DNA of 46,347 nt, taken from NCBI GenBank assembly GCA_947589655.1, contig CANQCE010000001.1:1-46347 (forward strand). The letters are read 5' to 3'. A program made the position numbers and the translations under genes. Below, in pieces: positions 17,950 to 27,690 of this stretch (within the stretch, counting starts at the first letter, position 1; every line of letters begins with the position of its first letter). Origin of the DNA: an uncultured Clostridia bacterium (GTDB lineage Bacteria; Bacillota; Clostridia; Christensenellales; UBA1242). A model generated the notes under the pieces. It searched no databases and was not told the DNA's origin. It saw only the letters and a list, made by a program, of their open reading frames with translations.

Positions 17950-18834
17950 TCAAACCAAATCTTTAAACAAATCTTCCATTCCATTTAACCATGTTGGGAA
18001 CTTTACAAATTTTTGGTTATCAAGCCCAGAAATGCCAATTTTTGAAAATTTTAAGCAAAAACACGCCAATTTTTGCCTATTTTTATGAAATTTTTTGTTA
18101 ATTTCATTTTCTCCGTATTTTCCATCGCCAATTATTGGGTGCCCCAAATGTGCCAAATGCGCCCTGATTTGATGCGTTTTGCCAGTGAGCAGTTCCACAA
18201 AAACAAGACTGCTTTCTTCTGTTGCTTTTACAGTTTTAACCCTTGTTGATATTGGCACGCTGCCACGAGTGGGTTTGTCCAAAATTTTCACTTCAGAGCG
18301 TTTGCTATCTTTAATTAAAAAGGCATCAAAACGCTTGTCAACATTGAACCTTCCCACAACTTCGGCGGCATAAAATTTTTGCACAAGTTTTTGTTTGAAT
18401 GTATTTTTTAAAATTTATTCTGCCTGTTCTGTTTTGGCAAAGACCACAAGACCTTCTGTGTTCCTATCCAGCCTGTGCACCGCAATGACATTAAGTTCCC
18501 CAGCAAGCCCATTTTGCCCTGCGGTTTCAATTCCAGAGAATTTATAAACCACCAAAACATTTTCATCTTCAAAAATTTTTTCGTATTTGCTTTCAAACTC
18601 TTTTTCTTGATAAAAAATTGTGACTCGTTGACCTTTTAACAGGTTTATATTCTTCTTTTCTGCCTTGCCATCCACTTTTACATCTTTATTTTTCATCATT
18701 TTGTTGGCTTGTGAAAATGAAAAACCGTAGTCGCCCAGCAGCGTGAGCAATTTTTTCTCTTTTTCTACTATAATTTCTTTTTTCTGCATATATATTTGTT
18801 GAAGGTCGTGCCCTTTTTGCACTCCTTCATTCAT
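17950..18834 (-). pseudogene. RluA-family 23S/tRNA pseudouridine synthase with S4 domain, interrupted by one in-frame TAA
   Basis: ORFs 18415-18834 and 17950-18384 are in the same frame. The joined sequence reads ...AVHRLDRNTEGLVVFAKTEQAE*ILKNTFKQKLVQKFYAAEVVG...GKTHQIRAHLAHLGHPIIGDGKYG, i.e. a continuous RluA-family protein with the catalytic HRLD motif. The stop lies at 18415-18417. Confidence 0.75.
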
Positions 18835-18877
18835 TTTACAACTGCAAATTTATTTTTGCAAGCAAACAAGGGGGAAT

Positions 18878-19126
18878 ATGGAAAGCATTTGCATTGAAGA
18901 TAGAAAAAAAATTTCAATTAGTGGGGCGAGCAAAGTGGTTTCTTCCACCAGCACTCAAGCCGTGGTTGAAGTTGGCGGTAGCAATGTGGTAATCACTGGA
19001 ACAGACATGGAAGTGACACATTTGGACATTGAAAACAAGCAGGTTTCATTTTCTGGCAATATTGTTGGCATTAAATACACCCAAAAAGCGGAAAAAACCA
19101 ATCTGCTGAAAAGGCTGTTTAAATAA
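18878..19126 (+). CDS. yabP: sporulation protein YabP
   Basis: 82 aa. The pattern IEDRKKISISGASKVVSSTSTQAVVEVGGSNVVITGTDMEVTHLDIENKQVSFSGNIVGIKY matches the YabP family layout. RBS AGGGGGA. yabQ follows immediately. Confidence 0.8.
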   Translation: MESICIEDRKKISISGASKVVSSTSTQAVVEVGGSNVVITGTDMEVTHLDIENKQVSFSGNIVGIKYTQKAEKTNLLKRLFK

Positions 19127-19507
19127 ATGCTGTATGAAACGCTGGCGCAGCCGCTGATTTTTTTAATCATGAGCGCAGGGGGCCTTGCCGCGGGGTTTTT
19201 GTTTGATGTCAAAAATGTTGCTCTTGCAATTTTGTTCCAAAAAAAGAAAAACAAACTTTTTTCACGCATTTTTTCGCATATTTTGATGTTTTTTGCGTGT
19301 TTTTTCGCTTTTTCTTTATTTTTATATCTAAATTTACGGACAAACTACGGCGAATTTAGAAACTTTGGCTTGCTGGCTTTTTTGTTGTCTTTTTGTTTGG
19401 AAAGGTTTTTTATAGAAAATTTTGTTGCAATTCCAGTAGCCAAATGTTACAATAAAATAAAGGCAAAACATGGAAGAAAAGCAAACAGAAAAAAACAGCA
19501 TATTTAA
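19127..19507 (+). CDS. yabQ: spore cortex biosynthesis protein YabQ (polytopic membrane protein)
   Basis: The ATG abuts the yabP stop. The protein is a small hydrophobic one with NYGEFRNFGLLAFLLSFCLERFF, resembling the YabQ G-x-x-R-x-Y/F motif region. Synteny with yabP supports the call. Confidence 0.65.
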   Translation: MLYETLAQPLIFLIMSAGGLAAGFLFDVKNVALAILFQKKKNKLFSRIFSHILMFFACFFAFSLFLYLNLRTNYGEFRNFGLLAFLLSFCLERFFIENFVAIPVAKCYNKIKAKHGRKANRKKQHI

Positions 19508-19706
19508 AATTACGGCAATTGTATTGTCTGTGCTTTTGATTGTTGCGATAATTGTTCAAATTATTGTTTTGGTTGTTATTAAAAACAAAACCGAAAAGTT
19601 AAAGAATAAAAATGACAACCTCCCAAGCATTGCACAGACGCAGGAAGAAATGCTAATAGAAGATGCCGAATATCTTTTGTGCAAAAGTTTGATAGATAAA
19701 ATGTGA
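19470..19706 (+). CDS. small single-pass membrane protein (occupies the divIC/ftsB position after yabP-yabQ; identity unproven)
   Basis: 78 aa with one TM helix (IFKITAIVLSVLLIVAIIVQIIVLVVI) and a charged tail. It overlaps yabQ by 38 nt and the convergent cvpA 3' end by 54 nt, which lowers confidence. Confidence 0.35.
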   Translation: MEEKQTEKNSIFKITAIVLSVLLIVAIIVQIIVLVVIKNKTEKLKNKNDNLPSIAQTQEEMLIEDAEYLLCKSLIDKM

Positions 19707-20318
19707 CAACTTTCCACTCTGCACAAATCTTAACAACCATTGGTTCATAAGCAAATTTGACGTTATTGTTAAAATTATAAACACCAGCGAGAATATCAAA
19801 AGCCCCTTTGCTATGCCGATTACACCTCCTAAAATGCGGTTCCCAAAAGAAAGTCCGCATTTTTTTATAAATTTTTCAATAATCAGCCGCAATAATTTTA
19901 AAACAACACTCAGTAGCAAAAATAGCACTATAAAAGATAGCACTTTTAAAAACACAGCCGTTAAAGTTGGGGCGAGAATTTGCCCAGCGCTTAAATTTCC
20001 GTCAATTACAAGTTCTGGCAATAATTTTGATAAAAACAAACTGAAAATAAGCCCAATTTTCGTTTGCGCAAGTGCCGATTGAAGTTGGGCTACGGATGAA
20101 AAAGTTCCAGGAACGGCGCCGTTCAAAAAGGTTGTAAGCGTGTTGAAAACGGCCTTTCCAGCAAAACTTTCAACAAACGGATAAACAATGTTTGCAAGTT
20201 GCCACGCAACAAATGCCACAAAAAACAGGCCTAAAAGCGAGAAAAGCATGCTCACCGCACCTTTAAAGCATCCTTTAATAAAATAATAGACAAAAATTGC
20301 AATGCACACAATGTCCAT
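19653..20318 (-). CDS. cvpA: CvpA-family (colicin V production) membrane protein
   Basis: N-terminus MDIVCIAIFVYYFIKGCFKGAVSMLFSLLGLFFVAFVAW and a four-TM layout typical of CvpA. Confidence 0.8.
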   Translation of the reverse strand: MDIVCIAIFVYYFIKGCFKGAVSMLFSLLGLFFVAFVAWQLANIVYPFVESFAGKAVFNTLTTFLNGAVPGTFSSVAQLQSALAQTKIGLIFSLFLSKLLPELVIDGNLSAGQILAPTLTAVFLKVLSFIVLFLLLSVVLKLLRLIIEKFIKKCGLSFGNRILGGVIGIAKGLLIFSLVFIILTITSNLLMNQWLLRFVQSGKLSHFIYQTFAQKIFGIFY

Positions 20319-20347
20319 GCGAAAATTTTTGCCTATTTTTTTTGTTT

Positions 20348-21046
20348 TTACAATAGTTTTTGCAAATTTTTCAGTTTGGTTTGGCTTAAAGAAGGCACTT
20401 TCTCCAGCCTATACTTAATTCCAAGTTGTTGATATTTTTTCTTTGCCATATCGTGATAAGGAAGCAGTTCCACTTTTTCCACATTGTTTAACTTGGAAGC
20501 GAATTCTTTTAGCGCCAAAACATTTTTTTCGGTATCGTTAAACCCCGGCACAATAACTTGGCGCAGCCACAACTTTACGCCTTTTTGCTGACATTTTTGC
20601 AAAAAAGCATTAAATTTTTTCATATTCTTGCCAACAAGCGCAGTGTATTTCTCCTCGTCAAGTTCCTTAACATCCAAAAGCACAAGGTCCGTATTGTCCA
20701 AAAGTTCGTCACTCGCCTGACCATAGCCAGAGGTGTCCAAGCAGGTGTGAAAACCCTCCGCCTTGCAAACTTTAAAAAATTCTGTTACAAACTTTTCCTG
20801 CATTAGCGGCTCTCCGCCTGAAACCGTCACGCCGCCACCATTTTGAAAATAGGTTTTGTATCTTCTTATAATTTTTATAAGTTGTTTGGGCGTATATTGC
20901 ATTTTTGTTTCGTTCAAGTTCCACATCTCTGGATTATGGCAATAGGCACATCGCAAAGGACAGCCCTGCAAAAAAACAACAAACCTGACACCTGGTCCGT
21001 CAACTAGCCCCATGCTTTCAAAACTTGCAATATTCCCTTTAACCAT
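20348..21046 (-). CDS. pflA: pyruvate formate-lyase activating enzyme (radical SAM)
   Basis: SFESMGLVDGPGVRFVVFLQGCPLRCAYCHNPE (CxxxCxxC cluster) and GGGVTVSGGEPL. It sits directly downstream of pflB. The ATG at 21046 (MVKGNIAS) is preferred over the TTG at 21058. Confidence 0.92.
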   Translation of the reverse strand: MVKGNIASFESMGLVDGPGVRFVVFLQGCPLRCAYCHNPEMWNLNETKMQYTPKQLIKIIRRYKTYFQNGGGVTVSGGEPLMQEKFVTEFFKVCKAEGFHTCLDTSGYGQASDELLDNTDLVLLDVKELDEEKYTALVGKNMKKFNAFLQKCQQKGVKLWLRQVIVPGFNDTEKNVLALKEFASKLNNVEKVELLPYHDMAKKKYQQLGIKYRLEKVPSLSQTKLKNLQKLL

Positions 21047-21163
21047 TTTTATTCCCAAAAAATTTTTATTTTAATATTTTTTTAAATATTTTTTCGCCTT
21101 TTATTTAAGATTTCTCAGCATTTTTTGATATTTTTTATTTTTTTTATTTTTTTTTGTTAATTT

Positions 21164-23398
21164 TTATCTGCTTTCATGAAAAGTTCTTGAAATAACTTCT
21201 TCTTGATGAGACCTTGAAAGACGATTGAAATTAACCGCATAACCAGAAACCCTGATTGTAAGAGTTGGATATTTCCAAGGGTTGTTCATGGCATCTATTA
21301 AAAGTTCGCGATTTAAAACATTTACGTTTAAATGTTGCGCGTGCTGAACAAAGTAGCCATCCAAAATCCCCACCAAATTTTCTATTCTGCTTTGCTCGTC
21401 ATGCCCCAGTGCATTAGGCACTATGGAAAAGGTGTTTGAAATGCCATCTTGGCAGCAGTTGCAATAAGGTATTTTTGCCACAGAGTTTAACGATGCAAGA
21501 GCGCCACTGCTATCGCGGTCATGCATTGGGTTGGCCCCTGGGGCAAAAGGCTCGCCTGCCTTGCGACCATCTGGCGTTGCCCCAGTCTTTTTGCCATACA
21601 TAACATTGGATGTGATTGTTAAAAGTGAGAGGGTGTGCTTGGCATCCCTATACAATTTGTGCTTTTGCAAACATTTAAAGAAATATTTTATAAGGTCAAT
21701 GCCAAGTTTGTCCACGCGGTCATCATCGTTGCCATATTTTGGAAAATCGCCCTTCACTTTAAAGTCAACAATTAGCCCCTCTTTGTTCCTTACAGGTTCA
21801 ACCTTAGCATATTTAATTGCTGACAGGCTGTCCGTGACAACAGAATATCCTGCCGCACCAAAAGCCATAAGCCTTTCAACGTGCGTATCGTGCAGAGCCA
21901 TTTCTTCGCGCTCATATGCATATTTATCGTGCATAAAGTGGATTATGTTCAAGGCATCCACGTAGGTGCTTGCAACCTTGTTTAAGGCCTTCTTAAAATT
22001 TGCATATACATTTTCAAAAGTTAAAATTTTCTCGGTGTTCTTTTGCAATCCTTCCACAACAAGAGCGCCAGAAACTTCGTCATAGCCGCCGTTTAAAGAA
22101 TACAAAAGTGCTTTTGCCAAATTGCATCTTGCCCCAAAAAATTGCATTTGCTTGCCAACTTTCATTGCTGAAACGCAACACGCTATTGCGTAATCATTGC
22201 CATATATTGGGCGCATAACGTCATCGCCCTCGTATTGAATGGCGTCTGTTAAAATGGAAATTTTTGCACAATACTTTTTAAAGTTCTCTGGCAGTTTATC
22301 CGACCACAGCACCGTTAAATTTGGCTCTGGCGAAGGCTTTAAGTTGATAAGCGTTTGTAAATATCGGAAAGAATTTTTTGTCACCAAACTTTTTTTATCA
22401 GATGCCATGCCAGCAACGCTTTCGGTCACCCAAGTTGGGTCTCCGCCAAAAATTTCATCATAATCAGGGGTTCTTAAATGGCGCACCAAGCGGAGTTTTA
22501 TAACAAACTGGTCAACAAGTTCCTGTGCCTGAGCCTCTGTAAGTTTGCCTTCATTCATATCACGTTCTATGTAAATATCCAAAAATGTGGATGTTCTGCC
22601 CAAACTCATTGCAGCGCCGTTGTTTTCTTTAACGCTTGCAAGGTATGCAAAATATAGCCATTGAAAAGCCTCTTGCGCATTTTGGGCTGGCAAGGAAATG
22701 TCAAAGCCATAACTTTGTGCCATTTGTTTTAATTCTTCAAGCGCTTTGCATTGCTCAGACACTTCTTCGCGCAGACGGATGTTTTCTTCGCTGGAAATAT
22801 CAATTGAAAGTTTGTCCTTTTGCTTTTGTTCAATTAAAAAGTCCACGCCATACAGCGCAACGCGGCGATAATCCCCAATGATTCTTCCGCGGCCGTAGGT
22901 GTCGGGCAGGCCAGTGATAAGTCCGTTATGGCGAGCCGCACGTATCTGCGGCGTGTAAGCATCAAAAACCCCATCATTATGCGTTTTGCGATATTTGAAA
23001 AAGTGCTTTTTTATCTCTGGCGAAAGTTCTCTGCCATAAGCAGCGAGCGCCTTTTCTGCCATCCTTGTGCCGCCATAAAGATTGACAATTCGTTTTAGCG
23101 GTGCATCTGTTTGAAGCCCAAATATAACCTCGTTCCTTTTATCTATGTAGCCCGGTTTGAAAGAGGTAATTCCAGAAACGGCGTGCGTTTCCACATCCAG
23201 CAAGCCTGCCTTTGCCTCCTCGGACAAAAGTTGTTCACATTTTTGCCAAACTTTTTGAGTTCTTGGCGATATCCCTTCAAGAAAACTTTCGTCTCCGCGA
23301 TATTCTTTAAAGTTAGACAAAATAAAGTTAGAAACATTAATTTCCTCTTTCCATTTGTTCCCTTTAAAACCTCTCCACGCTTCTATATTTTTATCCAT
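21164..23398 (-). CDS. pflB: pyruvate formate-lyase (formate C-acetyltransferase), glycyl-radical enzyme
   Basis: 744 aa. It has the glycyl-radical motif [11 protein letters not shown] near the C-terminus and an active-site CC in [18 protein letters not shown] lies upstream of the ATG at 23398. Confidence 0.95.
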   Translation of the reverse strand: MDKNIEAWRGFKGNKWKEEINVSNFILSNFKEYRGDESFLEGISPRTQKVWQKCEQLLSEEAKAGLLDVETHAVSGITSFKPGYIDKRNEVIFGLQTDAPLKRIVNLYGGTRMAEKALAAYGRELSPEIKKHFFKYRKTHNDGVFDAYTPQIRAARHNGLITGLPDTYGRGRIIGDYRRVALYGVDFLIEQKQKDKLSIDISSEENIRLREEVSEQCKALEELKQMAQSYGFDISLPAQNAQEAFQWLYFAYLASVKENNGAAMSLGRTSTFLDIYIERDMNEGKLTEAQAQELVDQFVIKLRLVRHLRTPDYDEIFGGDPTWVTESVAGMASDKKSLVTKNSFRYLQTLINLKPSPEPNLTVLWSDKLPENFKKYCAKISILTDAIQYEGDDVMRPIYGNDYAIACCVSAMKVGKQMQFFGARCNLAKALLYSLNGGYDEVSGALVVEGLQKNTEKILTFENVYANFKKALNKVASTYVDALNIIHFMHDKYAYEREEMALHDTHVERLMAFGAAGYSVVTDSLSAIKYAKVEPVRNKEGLIVDFKVKGDFPKYGNDDDRVDKLGIDLIKYFFKCLQKHKLYRDAKHTLSLLTITSNVMYGKKTGATPDGRKAGEPFAPGANPMHDRDSSGALASLNSVAKIPYCNCCQDGISNTFSIVPNALGHDEQSRIENLVGILDGYFVQHAQHLNVNVLNRELLIDAMNNPWKYPTLTIRVSGYAVNFNRLSRSHQEEVISRTFHESR

Positions 23399-23516
23399 TG
23401 TTTTTTCTCCATTTTAATATTGTGTGTGTTAATATAAAAAATACAACACATAGATTACCTATATATTGTATTATATCAGATTTGGGCAAGTCAATTTTTT
23501 GGCACCAAAATTTTGT

Positions 23517-23975
23517 TTAAGCGTTGTTTCCCACAAGGTTATTTACAAAACCTGCAAATTCTTCCATGGTCTTGCCGTTTAAATCCACATATATGCAACG
23601 CCCTTGAAAAACTCCGCTGTTGCCGCGAAAACAGTTAAAGCCATAAACATTTGAATCGACTTTAAACATAAGTTCGTCAAAAGGCAAATCGTTAACTGTA
23701 ATAGTTTGCCCAAACTTTAATGTAATGTAAGTGCCATCACTGTGCAACTGGTTGAAATCATCGGCGAACACAACGGAAAGCGCTGGCAGAGTGATGGAGT
23801 TTTGAAATAAATTTTCAATCTGCTCGCCTAACTGCTGCGTTTGTTCTTGTGACAAAACAACCTCTTGACCATTATAGTCAAGGCTTATATCTTGCACAAA
23901 AGGCAATGTTTCGTTTACTTGAAAGAATGACATTATCATCATTGGCACCCCTAAAACAAAGAAAAGAAACCTCAT
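23517..23975 (-). CDS. secreted/exported hypothetical protein
   Basis: The ATG at 23975 lies 5 nt after GGAGG. Signal-peptide-like N-terminus MRFLFFVLGVPMMIMSFFQV. No family motif recognised. Confidence 0.6.
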   Translation of the reverse strand: MRFLFFVLGVPMMIMSFFQVNETLPFVQDISLDYNGQEVVLSQEQTQQLGEQIENLFQNSITLPALSVVFADDFNQLHSDGTYITLKFGQTITVNDLPFDELMFKVDSNVYGFNCFRGNSGVFQGRCIYVDLNGKTMEEFAGFVNNLVGNNA

Positions 23976-24019
23976 TTTAACCTCCAAAAATATTGTTTCT
24001 TTTCTTTTATAAAATATTC

Positions 24020-25831
24020 TTATTCTTCTTCAAATTGGCTGTTATACAAATCGGCATAAAATCCATTTGCCGCCAATAGTTGCTCGTGATTTCCGCTCTC
24101 CACAATGTCGCCATCCTTGAGCACAAAAATTATGTCGGCGTTTTTGATTGTTGAAAGCCTGTGTGCAATTATGAAAGATGTTCTGCCTTCCATAACCTTA
24201 TCCATGGCCTGTTGCAAGAGCACTTCCGTTCGTGTATCCACGGAACTTGTTGCCTCGTCCAAAATCATCATTGGGCAATTTTCCAGCATTGTTCTGGCAA
24301 TGGTTAAAAGTTGTTTTTGCCCAGCCGAAAGATTTACCGCATCGTCTATAATTGTGTCGTAGCCGTGCGAAAGTGTTTGAATAAAATGGTCCACGCCAAC
24401 TTTTTTGCAGGCTTCAACAATTTGTTCATCTGTTATGTTCTCGGTGTTGTATCTTAAATTTTCTTTTATTGTCCCTTCAAACAGCCATGTGTCTTGAAGC
24501 ACCATGCCAAAAAGTTTATGCACATTTTCTCGCTTGATATCTTTAATTGACACGCCATCAATTTTAATGTCGCCAGAGTTTATCTCGTAAAAACGCATCA
24601 AAAGGTTAACCAAAGTGGTTTTGCCTGCACCTGTTGGGCCGACAATTGCCACCTTTTGCCCAGCCTTAATTTCTGCTGAGAAATCTTTGATAATTGTTTT
24701 GTTTTTATCGTAACCGAACACCACGTGCTGAAAACTTACATCACCCTTCACATTTTCAAGCACCAGGGTTTTGCCACTTTCGTCTGCAAGTTCTTTTGCC
24801 TCCAAAAATTCAAACACACGGTCACTGGCTGCTGAAGTGGATTGCAGGCTTGTAAGCGATTGTGCAATTTGCGAAAGTGGATTTGCAAACAAGCGGACAT
24901 AAATCATAAATGCGGTAATCGTGCCCAAATCTTCGCCGCGGTAGATTGCCAGAATTGCGCCAACAATCACCACTGCAACAAAGCCAAAATTGCCAACAAA
25001 TCCCATGATTGGCCCCATCACGCCTGAAATAAACTGCGATTTCCAACCGCTTGTGTAAAGGCGTTTGTTTATGCGATGGAACTCTTTTTCAGTCTGCTCT
25101 TTTGCATTGAAAAGTTGCACAACGTTGTGCCCAGAATAAACTTCTTCGGCGTGAGCGTTAAGTTCCGCCAAATTCTTCTGGTTTTGAACAAAATACTTTT
25201 GCGAGTGCGTTAAAAAGATAAGCGAAAATGAAAAGCCAATGATTGTTGCGCCAATAACCGTCAGTGCCAAAATCCACTCTGTAACAAACATCATGATAAA
25301 CACGCCAAGGAACAAAATTGTGCTGTGGAAAAGGTTGCCTATGCTTTGGTTCATGCTCTGCCCAACTTGGTCAACATCGTTCGTCACACGGCTTAAAATG
25401 TCACCAAACATGTGGGTGTCAAAATAATTTAACGGCATTCTGTTAATTTTGTGCGAGATATCGTGGCGAAACTTTCTTGTAACTTTTTGAGTTACCGTTG
25501 TTAAAATGAATTGTTGGAAATAAGTTAAAATTGCCCCAGCAACGTAAATGATAACCAAGAAAATTGCAATGTCGGTCACCGCTTTTGTATCAACACTGCC
25601 GGTTGTTCTTAAACCTTGAACAATTAAATTGGTTATATCAGAAATTTTATTTGGCCCTATTATCTGGAAGACCACGCCAACGGCGCCAAGTGCAATGGCA
25701 AGAGCCATCCACCACCAATATTTGCGGCAGTATAAAAGCAGTTTCACCATTGCCCTTTTAAATGAACCTTTTTCTGCTTTTTGTCTGCGCTTTTTTGTTT
25801 CTACAACTTCTGTTTTTACTTTCTTTGCCAT
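24020..25831 (-). CDS. ABC exporter, fused permease/ATPase subunit (heterodimeric multidrug/lipid-exporter type)
   Basis: Six-TM N-terminal half, Walker A GPTGAGKTT, signature LSAGQKQLL, Walker B MILDEATS and H-loop IIAHRLST. Confidence 0.9.
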   Translation of the reverse strand: MAKKVKTEVVETKKRRQKAEKGSFKRAMVKLLLYCRKYWWWMALAIALGAVGVVFQIIGPNKISDITNLIVQGLRTTGSVDTKAVTDIAIFLVIIYVAGAILTYFQQFILTTVTQKVTRKFRHDISHKINRMPLNYFDTHMFGDILSRVTNDVDQVGQSMNQSIGNLFHSTILFLGVFIMMFVTEWILALTVIGATIIGFSFSLIFLTHSQKYFVQNQKNLAELNAHAEEVYSGHNVVQLFNAKEQTEKEFHRINKRLYTSGWKSQFISGVMGPIMGFVGNFGFVAVVIVGAILAIYRGEDLGTITAFMIYVRLFANPLSQIAQSLTSLQSTSAASDRVFEFLEAKELADESGKTLVLENVKGDVSFQHVVFGYDKNKTIIKDFSAEIKAGQKVAIVGPTGAGKTTLVNLLMRFYEINSGDIKIDGVSIKDIKRENVHKLFGMVLQDTWLFEGTIKENLRYNTENITDEQIVEACKKVGVDHFIQTLSHGYDTIIDDAVNLSAGQKQLLTIARTMLENCPMMILDEATSSVDTRTEVLLQQAMDKVMEGRTSFIIAHRLSTIKNADIIFVLKDGDIVESGNHEQLLAANGFYADLYNSQFEEE

Positions 25832-25832
25832 A

Positions 25833-27557
25833 TCACAATTCCTCCTGTGAAAGTTGTGAAAGGGCTATCTCTTGATAAACTGGGCAATTGTGGATAAGTT
25901 CATCATGCGTGCCCATGCCAACCATGTTGCCGTTATCCAGCACAATAATTTTGTCGGCATCTTTAATTGTTCCAATGCGCTGTGCAACAATAAATTTCGT
26001 GGCATTATCTGTGTGTTTTTTAAGTGCCGTGCGCAATTTTCTGTCAGTTTTAAAATCCAAAGCAGAAAAACTGTCGTCAAAAATGAAAATTTCAGGTTTG
26101 CGCGCAATGGCTCTTGCAATGGAAAGGCGTTGCTTTTGCCCACCAGATACATTTGTTCCGCCCTGTGCAATTGGGCTATCTAGCCCCTTCCCCATGCGTG
26201 AAACAAAATTGCTTGCTTGTGCCACAGAAATGGCCGATTTTAGCCCTTCTTCGTCTGCGTTGTTGTCCCCAAAATTGACATTACTCCTCACTGTGCCTTT
26301 AAACAAAACTCCGCGCTGTGGAACATAGCCTATTTTTTTATTCAAGGTTTCAAAATCGTAATCTTTAACATTAACGCCATCCAAATAAACGTTGCCTTCG
26401 GTGGCATCGTAAAGCCTTGGAATAAGGTTGATAAGCGTGCTTTTTCCGCTGCCTGTTGAGCCAATAAACGCAATTGTCTGCCCCTGCTTTGCTTCAAAAG
26501 AGATGTTGTGCAGAACGTATTCGTCTGCCTCTGGATATTTAAACGAAACATTTTCAAAAACAACCGATGTTTTGCCGTCAAAGTTTTCATCTTTATAGCA
26601 ACCCGGAATTATGCTGTCTTTGGTGTCCAAAACCTCATTTATTCTTCGTGCAGAAACAAGCGCACGTGGCATCATGATAAAAATCATGATAAGCAGCATA
26701 AACGCCATTATAATTTGCATGGAAAAACTCATAAACTTGCTCATTGAACCCACAGTGAGCGGCGTGACAATGTAAGCACCTATCCAATAAATTGCCAAAC
26801 TAAGCCCACTCATTAAAAGGTTCATAAATGGGCTCATAATTGCCATAACACGCCCAGCAAACAGATTGGTTTTTGTTAAAATCTGGTTGTATTTGCCAAA
26901 TTTTGCGTTTTGATATTCCTCTGCGTTAGATGCGCGTATAACCCTGATGCCAGTAAGGTTTTCTCTTGTAACACGGTTGATATCGTCAGTCAACTTTTGA
27001 ACCTTTTTGAATTTTGGCAGAGCAATAAGCACAACAATTGTTACCATTAAAACAAGGGACACAATTACAACCGCCGTGGAAACTGTCCACTGCCAACTGG
27101 AATCCACAATTTTTGTTATTGCCCAAACAGCCATGATTGGCGCTTTGATAAGTGCCTGCAAGCCCAAGGCAATAAAAAATTGAACATTCATAATATCGTT
27201 TGTTGTTCTGTTGATAAGGCTGGCGGTGGAAAATTTGTTAATTTCTGCAAGCGAGAAGTCTTGAATTTTTGAATACACCTTCACGCGCAAATTGTAAGAA
27301 AGCCTTGATGCCAAATTTGCCACCAAAAACCCAACAACAATGGCACTTGCCAAACTGCCAAACGCACAAGCAAGCATAAATCCGCCATTTTTAAGCACAG
27401 ACGACATAACAATGTTTTCGCCAACTATTTCGTTTATCATCGCTTCGCTATATTCTGGCAAGGTTAAATCCAGCCAAACTTGCAAAACCACAAAACCCAC
27501 AATAGCGGCTATAACAAGATAATCTATCCATTTTAAATATTTCAGTAATTTCAGCAT
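25833..27557 (-). CDS. ABC exporter, fused permease/ATPase subunit (partner of 24020-25831)
   Basis: Walker A GSTGSGKST, signature VSGGQKQRLSIARA and Walker B IFIFDDSFSALD. There is a 1-nt gap to the downstream partner gene. Confidence 0.9.
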   Translation of the reverse strand: MLKLLKYLKWIDYLVIAAIVGFVVLQVWLDLTLPEYSEAMINEIVGENIVMSSVLKNGGFMLACAFGSLASAIVVGFLVANLASRLSYNLRVKVYSKIQDFSLAEINKFSTASLINRTTNDIMNVQFFIALGLQALIKAPIMAVWAITKIVDSSWQWTVSTAVVIVSLVLMVTIVVLIALPKFKKVQKLTDDINRVTRENLTGIRVIRASNAEEYQNAKFGKYNQILTKTNLFAGRVMAIMSPFMNLLMSGLSLAIYWIGAYIVTPLTVGSMSKFMSFSMQIIMAFMLLIMIFIMMPRALVSARRINEVLDTKDSIIPGCYKDENFDGKTSVVFENVSFKYPEADEYVLHNISFEAKQGQTIAFIGSTGSGKSTLINLIPRLYDATEGNVYLDGVNVKDYDFETLNKKIGYVPQRGVLFKGTVRSNVNFGDNNADEEGLKSAISVAQASNFVSRMGKGLDSPIAQGGTNVSGGQKQRLSIARAIARKPEIFIFDDSFSALDFKTDRKLRTALKKHTDNATKFIVAQRIGTIKDADKIIVLDNGNMVGMGTHDELIHNCPVYQEIALSQLSQEEL

Positions 27558-27650
27558 GTTTCACCCCTATCAAACCGCTTAAAAAAGCCAATTTAAACCT
27601 ATTATACCTCAGAAAATTTTCATTTGCAAACAAATTTTAATATGTTTGTA

Positions 27651-27687
27651 ATAAAAAATATGTCTATAATTTATTAGACATATTTTT
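27651..27687. terminator. rho-independent terminator closing the ESCRT-like operon (bidirectional shape)
   Basis: Perfect 10-bp stem AATATGTCTA (27657-27666) / TAGACATATT (27675-27684) with an 8-nt loop, flanked by A- and T-runs. It lies a few nt beyond the stop codon (27691-27693) that ends the operon's last gene. Confidence 0.6.
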
Positions 27688-27690
27688 AAA

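Noticed and set aside
18415-18417. In-frame TAA in the pseudouridine synthase as evidence for stop-codon reassignment
   Set aside because: TAA terminates several well-defined genes in the same window at the expected protein ends (mnmE, rbr, the LtaS-family gene, ESCRT-III paralog A). A genome-wide recoding is therefore not supported.
23425-23450. Inverted repeat TGTGTT-N14-AACACA upstream of pflB, considered as a Rex/FNR-type redox operator
   Set aside because: Its spacing and half-sites do not match the Rex (TTGTGAA-N4-TTCACAA) or FNR/CRP (TTGAT-N4-ATCAA) consensus. A 6-bp arm is too short to be meaningful without comparative data.
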